From positions 18,724,001 through 18,788,000 of the forward strand of contig NC_088859.1 of the NCBI RefSeq assembly GCF_963853765.1: a DNA stretch of 64,000 bases, written 5' to 3'. Of this stretch, positions 50,426-61,989 are shown piece after piece; positions within the stretch are counted from its first letter, which is position 1, and every line of letters begins with the position of its first letter. A model generated the notes under the pieces. It was not told the origin of the DNA and made no database searches. It worked only from the letters and a program-made list of their open reading frames with translations. The stretch is from Magallana gigas (taxonomy: Eukaryota). The position numbers were made by a program, and so were the translations under genes.

Positions 50426-51328
50426 TTCGGAAGGTTGGCATGTCGTTTTGTTTTTAATGGGAGATAGGGATACTTGCATTTTTTCATTAATGGGGAAATA
50501 AAGATATCAGCATGATTTACAAAAACAAAACATATATTGCAGGTTTTCTTAATAAAATGATATTTCTTTATACCTACATCTATTACATAATCTGTAAAAG
50601 TGCAATGCGTCATAAAAATATTAATCTTATTATAGATCTACAATACTCGGTATTTCATTAAAACATTCGAACATTCATTAAAATATTGAATAATTCACAG
50701 CAACAAAGAAAATTACGTCAGCTTCCACTTCATGCGGTAGATTTCATAACCATTAGGCTATTTCACACCCATCATTTTGTTTTATTATTCCTATTGTTAA
50801 AAAAAAATGTTTACGTATGAACTGCAAAAAATTCAACATACTCTTAGGGCTTTTGACAGGAGACGAATTTTGACTCGTCCATTTATAAAGGATTTGTAAA
50901 ATAGTAATTAAAAAAAAAAAGTGTTGTAATTATAATTATTATATATGTTACTGGTCATTGTATGGATCGTAAACGAAGTTCAAAAGGTCCTGGGACGGGC
51001 TCACAGATTACGTGTAGGGGCCCTATACCGGAAGTTTGTGCAGGAATCTATCAAATCTTGGTGGACGAGTTTTATACTATATATAGTACCGTAATCATGA
51101 ATAATATTTGATATTAAAGGCCATTAGATAGTTTAAAAGGTTTTTACACTTGTACCTTTAAAAAAATGTATTAAGTATTACACGTTTCTTTATTTTCAAT
51201 ATACTGTACCCATTTTAAGTCGCTTAATTAAATTATACGTTGTTGCAACATAAGTGTGTTCTTTTATTGTTCTTTTCATACTAATTGTTCTTTTTTAAAA
51301 TCAAAACTGGGTTGAAATTATTCAGGTT

Positions 51329-52229
51329 TCATAGTCTGTCTTGTATTGCTGTTGAGAAGCGCTTAAAACAGTTACGAGCGCGCAGTGCCGCGATGAAATA
51401 TATAAAAGGGCTCAAAATAGAGTTTAATAACCATGCGAACTGCGCAGCCACCAGAAAGTTTCTTTCCAAGTTACGTAAACTGTGCAAAGACAAAATATAA
51501 CACAACAGAAACAGAACGGCCGAGGACATATAGGCAAAGAGAATGACAGATGTCACCAGAGACATTTTGATCAGAGTGGTTTCAACGTTGTGCTTGCTCA
51601 AAGAGCGCCTTTTGAGTCTATGCATTTTCTTCACGTGGAAAGTTAAAATCAGAAGGGTAGGGATGACTATTAGGTAGACCCGGAAAGTTATGATTACGTA
51701 GGTCGAAGACTGTATGCCAGACTGGTAACGAAGCAAGAAGTACAAAACGGCAAAACAGGCACTCAGAATCCACAAAAGTGCTGATGCACCAAATACCTGT
51801 CGTTTGGTGATCTCGTTAAACTTGATTGGCTCTGAAACCATGTAACTTCGGAGTCCGAACAACAATATCACGTGGGCTGCACTCGAATGAGTGGCACCAT
51901 AAAAGACAATCAAAAACACCGTGCATGGTACATTTTCCAGCTGAAAGTTCATATTCTCTGTGATCGCATGAGCCAAATACAGACACAAGTTCACGAGATC
52001 CGTGAATATTATAGAGCCGATAACATAAAACACTGTGCGATGATATGCCTTGTCGAACACGATTTTGGAGAGCGTGAGAACATTTCCGAGTATTCCAAAA
52101 ATAGATATAAGAACAACAAAAATGAGATGGTTGTCTTCCAGATAAACTGGAACATCGTTTCGTACACTCATCAGAACAGAAGTATCATTTAAGAAAAACA
52201 TTGCCTTCTTTGAAGTGCTGTTGTGCTCA
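51329..52229 (-). CDS. Class A orphan GPCR 3, exon 2; 304 aa with exon 1
   Basis: 7TM paralog; acceptor ttacAG|T at 52230, phase 2. Confidence 0.92.
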
Positions 52230-52427
52230 CTGTAATATAAAAAAAAGACATACACTACATTTTAAAAAAAGAAGAATATTTTTGTGAATTTGCATGTCGA
52301 CTTACATGGAGGACAATATACATGCGCGGATTTTTTTTCAGGGGATGGGGGTGGTCGGCGTGTCTGGTCCCCATTTTGGGAAATTTAGATTTCTTAAATT
52401 TACTTATACATTGAATGCTTATTTTTT

Positions 52428-52914
52428 GGATGCCGTCGGTCCTTGACACACCGAGCGGTGCAGACAAATTGAATACTGCGCCAACGCACGGTATTATATA
52501 AATAGTGCCTGTTTGGGAGGATCACAGTTGAAATTGACACCCCGAGGAAACCATTGTCAACCGATGCGAAGCGGAGGTTGAGACAATGGTTTTCGAGGGG
52601 TGTCAATTTCAACTGTGATCCTCCCAAACAGGCACTATTTATTTTATTTTGCTGAATGTCTTAATTTTAGAGAAATTTTCACTGCTTTTATTTAGAAATG
52701 ACGCGAATTCTACGGTGAACCGTACGCGCATAATTTACGCGCATGTAACAATTCGTTGTGTTACCCGTTGCTAAGTGTGTTGCTAACGCTGAGGGTAAAA
52801 GAATTAACAGATTATCGACTGCGTCTAAACCAATCAGATTTCAGTATTTAACATGAAAGTATAATAAGATAATTTAACTGCACCGCTTGGTGTGTCAAAG
52901 GACCGACGACATCC
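52428..52914. mobile_element. Small MITE (36-37-bp TIRs) split by an inserted hairpin element
   Basis: ggatgccgtcggtccttgacacaccgagcggtgcag versus ctgcaccgcttggtgtgtcaaaggaccgacgacatcc. Confidence 0.75.
52500..52640. mobile_element. Palindromic end of a probable non-autonomous Crypton-like element (element extends to about 52866)
   Basis: Perfect 44-bp arms (52500-52543 / 52597-52640) around a cgaagcggaggtt core, a core I associate with Crypton derivatives. Confidence 0.55.
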
Positions 52915-53516
52915 AAAAATTAACATTTAAAGCGTATATCTATATTTCCATACTGATGTCTATTTGTATGAAATATTTTTGATCGCCGCTATAAAGCCAA
53001 TTTCACGCCCTCAGTCAAGGATATGAAACATACATGGAATAGCCATATTAACATGTTATTTAGTTAGCTTCCGCGACAAATTAAAAATATTATTTTATAC
53101 TTTTTGGATTATTAACTATTAGATTATACTTTTTGGGAAAACATGTAATTTTGCAATATACCCGCCGCCTTTATACATTGTACCCGATTCGTGCACTGAT
53201 TCGGATTTTTTTTCCGGTCGTGGAATGTTGGCTGAAGGATAATTTTGTTTGCCAATGGTAGTGATTAAATACATATTGTAGTCAACTTTATTACTTGAAT
53301 TTGATGCGTGTTTTATTTTTATTTTCATGGTTCACGCTATCTCCACCAAAACGTCCTTAATCTATCATCGGAAAACAATATATGTAGAACCCACAAATCG
53401 TAACATTAAGGCCTTCTGTTTTCGAGTTTATCGCTTTTTCGTCAACTTTAAATCATCTGTTGAACTTTTTTTTTACCATTTTGTGATATCAGAAGTTGGG
53501 TGAAAAAAAACCTTAC

Positions 53517-53530
53517 CTGTATTCATACAT
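53517..53530 (-). CDS. GPCR 3 first coding micro-exon (14 nt, MYEY-S)
   Basis: ATG TAT GAA TAC AG|GTAAGG; same length and phase as the other two micro-exons; 1287-bp intron. Confidence 0.72.
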
Positions 53531-55218
53531 GATACCTGAGGGGTATATACATGTATATCAGAATCGAGTACTCCTTCACAAGAATTAAATATATGCGTCC
53601 TGACGGTAATTGTGGAACTACTAGCTTTATAGATCACAGGCTGGTAAAATAGAAGATTCATGCAGTGATGTGGTGGTTGTTTTCTAAAGCGTTGCATCAA
53701 ACAGACTCAGAATGTTATCTCGACCTTAAAATCGGGCGTAACGTCTGCTGCGATATCTCCAATGCACATCAAGTATTAGATATTCTGAAATATTTTCTCT
53801 GTAGAATGGGGTATTAACCTCATAATCAGTTTTGAAATTGGTTTTATGAAAAATTCATGAAAGAAGATATTCATTCTGTAGAGTTGGAAATGGACGCATA
53901 TGCATCTGACTATAAATTGATGTTGTTTGTAGATCAAAGCAAACGCAACGTCTAAAAATGTGAAAGTAAAGTACGTTCTCACTGTGATAAATGTTTCATT
54001 TTAAATAACTTTATTTAATGCAATATTCACATAGCAATTTACTTCTTAAATGAAGACGAAAACAATATATCATAACATAATTTATATACTCAATCTTTGT
54101 TTACAAAAAAAAAACCCGATTATTTTTAATAAACTGTTGCAAGTAATCGTTTCTGTTGGCGTTGGAAAACCAATAAAGAGATTTAGTTGGAAGCAAAATG
54201 ATAACACAATCGTTCAATCTGTACAAAAATTGTTTGCTTTATTTTCGAACCTTTGTTCTGTTATAATTACTTACATGTGCCTGTAATTAACAATTTGTTT
54301 TATAAATCTTATTTAAGTTTGTAATACCAAGATGCCACCGGCAAAATATATCTGAAGAATACTGTTTTCATGATAAATATTACGCAGAAGAAAAAAGGTT
54401 GGGTAATTAGGTTAACGAGTAAACACATTATCATTTGAGTTCATATACATCTTATGATTTAGCTTTGTTCATAATGAATCTGGTTCCTATATTTAATTGT
54501 TAGCGAGCGCAGCTCGCCGGCGCCGCGAAGCGAGCTCTAAGAACCAGTGTGCGCGGGAAAAAGAACGAGCTAAACCTACAGTTCATCAAACAAAATTTTT
54601 TGTCTACGTCCCATAATGCTCTCTAATGTTTTCACCCATGGTGCTATGCCAAAAATGGCCGACTTTTAACTCGTAATTTACGGTGACTTAAAGTTTGAAG
54701 ACACGTTTTGAGTACCGCATATGCTTTGGCGAGACTCAAAGAATTTATTACATGCTGTCATACCTCCGTATTGAGTCGAGAAACATAAACAAAGACGAAC
54801 AAAGTTATGGATGACGTCACAGTGCACTCGCGCTATATTTCCCGCGATAAATTTAGAGGTGGATCAAACATCTGTAATGAGTGTACTGGCTATTTCAGTA
54901 TAGACTGCGATACCTGCCTCATTGACATATGATTTGTTTTTATTTTTTTTTTTAATATAGAGATTTTATGCATATATACTAGCAAGAGTTATACTTTACT
55001 GTCATATCGATCCATTTTTAAGCTAATTGTGCATGCATGTATAGTAGGCAGTTAAGTATATGAGTAGGGAGGAAATAAACAATAGGAAATTTTGAACAAA
55101 ATAAAAAGGAATAAAATGAAAAAATAAACAGTTAAAAAAATTATGTAGATATTGTTTATACATGTAGTCAGACCATTAAATTTAAAAGTGGAATTACACA
55201 TTTACAAACAGGTACCGG

Positions 55219-55248
55219 TCTCTCTCTCTCCTCTCTCTCTCTCTCTCT
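55219..55248. repeat. (CT)n microsatellite
   Basis: Direct reading. Confidence 0.9.
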
Positions 55249-56170
55249 TGGTAGGGTGTTGCACTGTATGTATCATAACCATCAAAATTAGTACCTTTGG
55301 CATACTTATGTAGAGCAATACTCTCTCAAAAATTCTTTGACGTTCGTTGACACTTAAATAAAACTATAAGTTGACAATGATGCATGTGTAATTCTTGCTG
55401 CGCTCGCCAGAACGGTAGCACCGTAAAACATATTATTTCATCAACATAGATTTAAAAGATAATCAGGGAATGTAACTGTGATGTCTGCATATTCTTTTTT
55501 ATGACTCATATATTTTGGTATCCCTTACAGACTTACACTAGCTGTTCGTCGCATAGATATCACGTTTACGAAATGTGACGCGAGTGCCGCCTCAGACAAT
55601 AATAGCGTGAACATGCTCGTTTACTCAAATTGAGATTTCTAGTGATCAATTGCAAAGGCCCCATTGGGGCCTTCAGTGTGTGGTTAATATTTTACACATT
55701 TTCTTTGTACTTCGACAAATCAACCATAAGTAATTACTTAAGTTCTTAGGAGGAAAACCAATTTTTGGTTCTATATGAGTTTATGTTCAAAAGTAATGAA
55801 CCCGTAGATATTGTAGAGATAGTCGTAGATATTGTAGAAATTGAAAAATAAACACACCAGAAACGACTGTACAAATGAAAGCATGAGGAAAAATGCGTTT
55901 TGACATTATCACCACAATAAGGTTTGAGTGTTTTGTGAATGTTAATTCTCGTGAATTGGTATGCTTAGCCTCATCTTGTCTGAAGTCACCGGTATGTTTA
56001 ATGCTTATCTTGGTCAATTTGTATCTGATTTTATACCTCTCTATGACGGGAAGGACAGACTATTAAGCAAGGTGCCACGTTTAATAAGATGTATGACTCT
56101 CTACACGTATAACCACTGCTTTCATACACTCCGAAAACGCAAACGCTTATACATAATCTTACCTAGAAGG

Positions 56171-56186
56171 TGGGTTTCCGACGATG
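56171..56186. mobile_element. Solo terminus of the CATCGTCGGAAACCCA family
   Basis: tgggtttccgacgatg is identical to the right end of the 61843 element; no partner end was found. Confidence 0.5.
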
Positions 56187-56473
56187 AAAAATAAAATAAA
56201 TACTTCATACACTTTAAGAGTACATCTACTCAGCTACACAAGTTTAATAATATCCATCAGTTTGCATTTATCGAACAAATATTGGTAAAAAAAATAGTTT
56301 ATGCGTAACTCTAAAAATTGATAAAACATTGAAAATCAAAACAAAAATTCTAGCAACTCCAGAAAAAAATTCAAATTAAGACAATTTGGCCAAAAACGGT
56401 CGTAAAAGAAAATACTGAGTAATAAAAGTTTGTTTTGCTTCCTCTTTGTGACCAGTGTCAATGCTACGTCTGT

Positions 56474-58019
56474 TTATTCCAGGTACTTGTAAACCCTGAT
56501 CTCGTTTGTATCAACATCCCCGATCCACAGATTACAGCTATCATCTACTCCTAGGGCTCGAATCCTTCTCTCTAAGCTGGAAGATGGAAGGCGCAGAAGA
56601 AGACAGAGGAATCTTCCGTCTTTGTCCAGCATGTGGACGCTATCATCCGTGTGGTCATTGTTGTCGCATACCAGGATGTTTCCCAAGACATCGGTGCAGA
56701 TTCCACTGGGTTCAAAAATGGTTCCCGGTGGGTGGCCTCCCTCTGCGTCGTAGTCAAAGCGGTGGTTCCCGGTTATACCTACGGCCACCACCACTTGTTT
56801 CTCCCAGTCGGACACCACGATGTCACCGTTGATGTTCTCAGAAAGATAATGTGGTCGGCTGTACAGTCGCTTCTTGCTGTCTTCGTGGAATTCGTACGTC
56901 TTCAGTTCCTTCCCCGAGGCGTCGTACCGCACCACCTTGGCTCTCTGCTGTGTGTCGTCCATCATTCCTACCAACAGGTCGTCCGTGGAGTGAGAGACGT
57001 GAATACTGATCGGTGTCCATTCCTTGAATTTTATCAAAGTCTTCTTCTTCCTCCCTGAGAGTAGTTTGGAAATGCTGTCATCATACTGGTCGATAAACAG
57101 CAGCTCGTCTTCCAGGGTCACCGCGTGGAAACCTGTCGGCTGCTGCCTGAAATGGTGGGTTTTTATTTTATGGAGCTCGTTACCCTTCGGGTCGATTTCC
57201 ACCAGATTGCCCAACTCATCGCCCACCCAGGTTTTGTTAGATTTCATGCAGGAAATATGGCGGCACCTATCGATATCTGGAACGTGAATGGCTTTCACTT
57301 TCTGGATTCTCATAACCAGTTTGGGTTTCTTTGGGTGAGTTTTCTGTATGGAATTTTTTAGATACTTGGGAACGGTTAATTTTCCAAACAACGCCTCCAA
57401 GGTTTCGGCGTCCATTTGCCCGGATCCTTCCTGGAATGTTGGGTGGTCGTGGTGGAGCTTCAGGCTGGGGATTTCTTTCAATTTCTGGATCCTGTTATAT
57501 ATACCCATCAAATCACCGGACTCCATGTGCTGTCCTTTCTTTTCAAACTCGTCCAACACCTCTTGTAGTTGAGCAAGGTGTTCGTTCATCTTGTGAACCT
57601 CATCCTGGTACTCGTGCATCAAAACGTGTTCAATATCCGTCAGTTCCTTCATATTATTAGACAAAATGTCGTCCAAAATATCCTTCATCTTCCTGATTTT
57701 AGACGTCATAGTTGTTCTGACCTGCGACAAAAGATGCTTACTGGTGTCTTGGTTTTTACCAAGTTCTTGTACCACTAGACGACAGTTTGGAATGATGGTG
57801 TCCTTGATTTTAGCAATCTCCTCGTGGCACTTATCTCTCATGGACACGACCATTTCACTTGCCGCCACAAAGGAATGGCCGTGGTGCTTCTCGGTGCTGA
57901 TGCACTTCATACATACTGGCATCTCGCACTGTTGACAGCACAGCACTCCGCTGTCTTGGTCGGGGTGGACTTTGCACTTCATTTTCTGAGTTGGTAAACG
58001 ATCGTCACTTACACATAGC
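56474..58019 (-). CDS. B-box type 2 / coiled-coil / NHL beta-propeller protein (RING-less TRIM2/3-like); ATG at 57982 gives 502 aa
   Basis: CKVHPDQDSGVLCCQQCEMPVCMKCISTEKHHGH, a heptad region, and NHL repeats (RPHYLSENINGDIVVSD, PSGICTDVLGNILVCD). Acceptor ctttgtAG at 58020; the ORF-track start at 58069 is intronic. Confidence 0.92.
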
Positions 58020-58730
58020 CTACAAAGAAAATAATTGATAGGTCTATCATAATTATTCCTGAATTGCAATACTGTGTATCAGCTTGAATATCCAAAGACC
58101 TCATGAGTTTCACTTAAAACAATTTAATGTCGACTTGCAAACACGATGAATTATGTATTTAGAAAAAAGTTCGTGTAAAATCGATATGTTTATGAAATTG
58201 TCTAGAATATGCTCAATTTTTATATCTATATAGAGGGAAAAGTGATCAAGTGAAGCCGTCTAATGCAGAAATCGATTATGAGTAGAATGAATACAATGAC
58301 GGAAGTTTTGCAATGCTAGCATTTCCAGATCCCTTTATTTCCGTAACTAAATTGCATGCATTTTCAAAAAACCTAGCAGTACAATTGAAGATCGATTTAA
58401 TATTCACACTAACTAAATTGCTCTATATGATAAATCACCGATCATTCCCCAAAATACTGAGTATCATAGGGTGAATAAATTGTTATAGTCTAGAAGAAAA
58501 AAACATTATAGGCCTAGTCCATGATTATTATGTAAATTGAACAAAAAAACTACAACAATAACAGGTTAATACATGTATGATGATGTAAATATACAGTACT
58601 GTACAAACTCAAACTCAAACAAAACTTGGGTTATGAGAATTCAACAACTTTTTAACACTCGGGTGATCTGTTTGTAAATAATTAAGAATTCCGGTGACAC
58701 CATGACGGGGGGGGGGGGGGGGGGGGTCGA

Positions 58731-58894
58731 TATTCTCTTTTGAGAAGTGGACAGGCCTAGCCTACATATTCTCAGAAGAGAGAATATGTAGGCTATGCCT
58801 GTCCACTTCTCAAAAGAGAATATGTAGGCTATGTCTGTCCACTTCTCAAAAGAGAATATGTAGGCTATGCCTGTCCACTTCTAAAGAGAGAATA
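58731..58894. mobile_element. 164-bp fold-back element with a 9-bp TSD, built from one inverted and three direct 36-bp units
   Basis: gggggtcga|TATTCTC...GAGAATA|gggggtcga; unit gagaatatgtaggctatgcctgtccacttctcaaaa at 58780, 58816 and 58852. Confidence 0.88.
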
Positions 58895-59502
58895 GGGGGT
58901 CGACTGAGTGTGTCCAAATTCTCTGATGAATTTTACATAGTAAAAATTACCAAACAGCATCCCTCATCCCTCCCTTGTAAAAAATAATTCTGAACACCCG
59001 CAAGAACAAAGTACGCAAGTTTACCTAAATATGTAACTGTTAGGAAATCCTCCATTCCCCCCCCCCCCCCCCCATCTTTTTTCGTTCGTGACCATTCCAT
59101 TGGCCATTGAGGGCTATGCTTATATGCTTGATAAATAGTGTCTTAATGTAATTAACTAATTGGCACTAAGCATCCATGGGTCATTTATCAAACAGATCAC
59201 CATCATTAATCATGTTTACAATGTCTCGTTGGAGTGGACACTGCCCATATTGATTTCATATCTCCCTCTTTGGGGTCACTGTAAACAAAAATTTAAAATG
59301 ATAAACCATGATAAACAATCCAAATTCCGGATCATCGATCATGTGCAACTCTATGGTGAACAAATGCTTAAATTTGCACTTTTCCCATATCCCATAATGC
59401 TATTTATAATTGATATATACCCACCTTATTCTTTATCGTGTTGAAATTTGAACATAACATCGCAAAAAATATGTTACTGCTTGTCTTGATCGACTGTTTA
59501 CA

Positions 59503-59518
59503 CCGGAAGATGACGTCA
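59503..59518. promoter_or_regulatory. Adjacent ETS (CCGGAAG) and full CRE (TGACGTCA); candidate promoter of the TRIM-like gene
   Basis: CCGGAAGATGACGTCA. A minus-strand donor AAG|GTGGGT at 59424 could define a non-coding first exon spliced to 58019. Motif-based only. Confidence 0.3.
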
Positions 59519-61628
59519 CTGTGCATAACTTTTTTGCAAGCAGGGAAAAGGGGGGGGGGGGTGCGGTGTATCAGTGAATAAGTGTCTAACTTTTCATTTT
59601 ACTTTAAATGCAGCATATTATGTAGAGGTATATTTCAACAGCTGAAAAAATCCCCACGGATCTCTGAAGTAAAATGTTTCATTTATAACTGTGCATTGTT
59701 TCTCATATTGTACAGCAATATTCAAGCACCCCCCCCCTTTTGTTCCTATATACCCGTGATTCAACTATATAGTCTATTACAAAATTAGACCATGTCTTGA
59801 GGAAAAAAGAATTTCATGTGGTTTTTAACAGTTTAAATGGGTCTCGCAGTATACAAAACATTTAAAAAACACATAAAAGATTAAATTTGTTTTTCTTTAT
59901 TTTCAATTCGCTGAATGCATCCCACACACATTCAAAAGAAATACATATATCATATCAATTTCAGAAAGAATTATCAAACATCAACACATCCATGAAATTA
60001 TAACAATAGATCAGTATATATTCCTGAATTTAGAAGCAACAATAGCTCAATTAACTTGTCAACAGTCAGCAGGTATATATATTCAATATCCAATCAAATA
60101 TATCCTTTAATCAAGTCTTTCATAATAACAAAATATCATTATTTGAAAAAAAAATTGGTCCCGTTTAATGGAAATTTTTGACATGCATTGTTAAAAGTAT
60201 ATATGTTCTGGTTGCTTAAAAATATGGATCCTATAATTAAGTCTTTGGTCATAACAAAATATTTAGTGAAAAAATGGTTCCATTTTATGGAAATTTTAAC
60301 ATGTATTGTTAACAGACTGATGCCTTAAAAGTATGGATGAAAATAACATTATCATAATGCCAATTTGGAATGATTGTTACAGCAATAAAAATGAACACTA
60401 AATTTACAGTTCTGTTGAATAATTGATACAAGTATCTCAAAATGACTGTATCTAAAAGAAGGCACCTGCCTCCAAGTTGTGGACATTTTTGACATCAATA
60501 TATATAAATTATGTTCATAATTTTTAAAATTATAATAATACTTTTTTTTTTGTTTTTATAATTCAAGCTCAAAAGGGACCCTGGAAATAATGGAAAAAAA
60601 TATAACTGTGACCAATAAATACAACGGCTATTGGAAGACACACTAGTAAAAGTATAAATATGTACACTGTCCCATAGCATTGACTGGTCAATATTATTTT
60701 GTACTGGTTTTGTACAATCTCCTGAAAAATAAACTTGTTTTTAATATTTTATAAAATTGTCTCTTTACCAAATTAAAATATCAAATTAACTCCAAGCCTT
60801 ACTTTTTATGAATGCGAAGTTTATATCATTCAGTTTTATACGGAAGGGGGTGTGTTATTTTGTGTGGTATAGGAGTGTTACATGTTTGAGTGTTCCATAA
60901 CATGATTTTCCTTTTCAAAACTGACTGAAAACTTTGTTGGAATGTTTCAAATTGAACTTGTTGAGTAAAGAAACACTCAAGTAGCAGAGAAAGTTGCATA
61001 AAGAAAACTAGTATTTCCATGACAGTCTGAAAAAGATACAATGTAAATTGATAACAGTTTTTCTAAATAGGAAAGCAACTAAAATGTTAGGGCACAATGG
61101 ATGTCCTGCTGATTTATGCACCATTTGTAAACGTAACAAGATAATTAACTGCATAACGTCTAAAGATTCAGACACATTCTTGGTACCAGTAGATTAAAGA
61201 CACATCAATGATGGTATATATGCTATACTGCTACCACTAAAGCATCGAAGGCTAATTAATAAAAACAATATTTAATGTTGTGTTACTCTAAACAGAATTT
61301 GTTTTAGAAATAACTAAATTTATAAGGCACTTAGAATGCATCAGAAATTGCAAACCCCACTTCCCCCATCCCCCATCCAAAAAAAAAATACAAAAAAAAA
61401 TGATGATAAATGCTACAAAAATATTAAAAGATATTATTGCACTAAACTACCGTAATCAAAATGTGATTCATACATACAAGTATTCCGTGAACATCCAAGT
61501 GGAATCAACTAATGGGTATGTGCAAGTACCTAAGAACACGACAAGTGTTGCATAGTATATAACATTAGAGTCCCTATCCTTTCATAATTTTAGAAAATTG
61601 GAAGAACGATAATATATCCTTTGGCAAC

Positions 61629-61663
<35 letters not shown>

Positions 61664-61664
61664 G
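61629..61664. repeat. (AG)n microsatellite
   Basis: Direct reading. Confidence 0.95.
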
Positions 61665-61842
61665 GAGGTTAGGAAATGCAACAAATGGCATCTTTGTCAA
61701 GGTTTAGCATTATTTACTACTTTATTCACGTCAAGGAAATATATACAGGTAATTATATATACAAATTTTAAACTGGTTTAATTCCTCTCTCAATCACAAA
61801 TACGATTATTCTATCTCTATGCTTATAAATCCTCTTGGAGGT

Positions 61843-61989
61843 CATCGTCTGAAACCCACGGTCGGTCTCGCTTCTCTTACCTCGAGGTAAGAGAAGCGAG
61901 ACCGACCGTGGGTTTCCGACGATGCTTGGAGGTTACTTCGAGGTAAGAGAAGCGAGACCGACCGTGGGTTTCCGACGATGATTGGAGGT
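61843..61989. mobile_element. 82-bp spacerless palindromic element with 9-bp TSD plus a duplicated right arm
   Basis: 61843-61924 is a palindrome (1 mismatch) flanked by cttggaggt on both sides. The right arm is repeated at 61940-61980 and followed by attggaggt. Confidence 0.88.

Noticed and set aside
54500-55410. Possible element bounded by gcgagcgcagc / gctgcgctcgc
   Set aside because: There is only an 11-bp inverted match, with no TSD or second copy in the window.
60115-60350. Two diverged ~125-bp direct repeats
   Set aside because: A short old local duplication in AT-rich DNA with no termini or coding signal.
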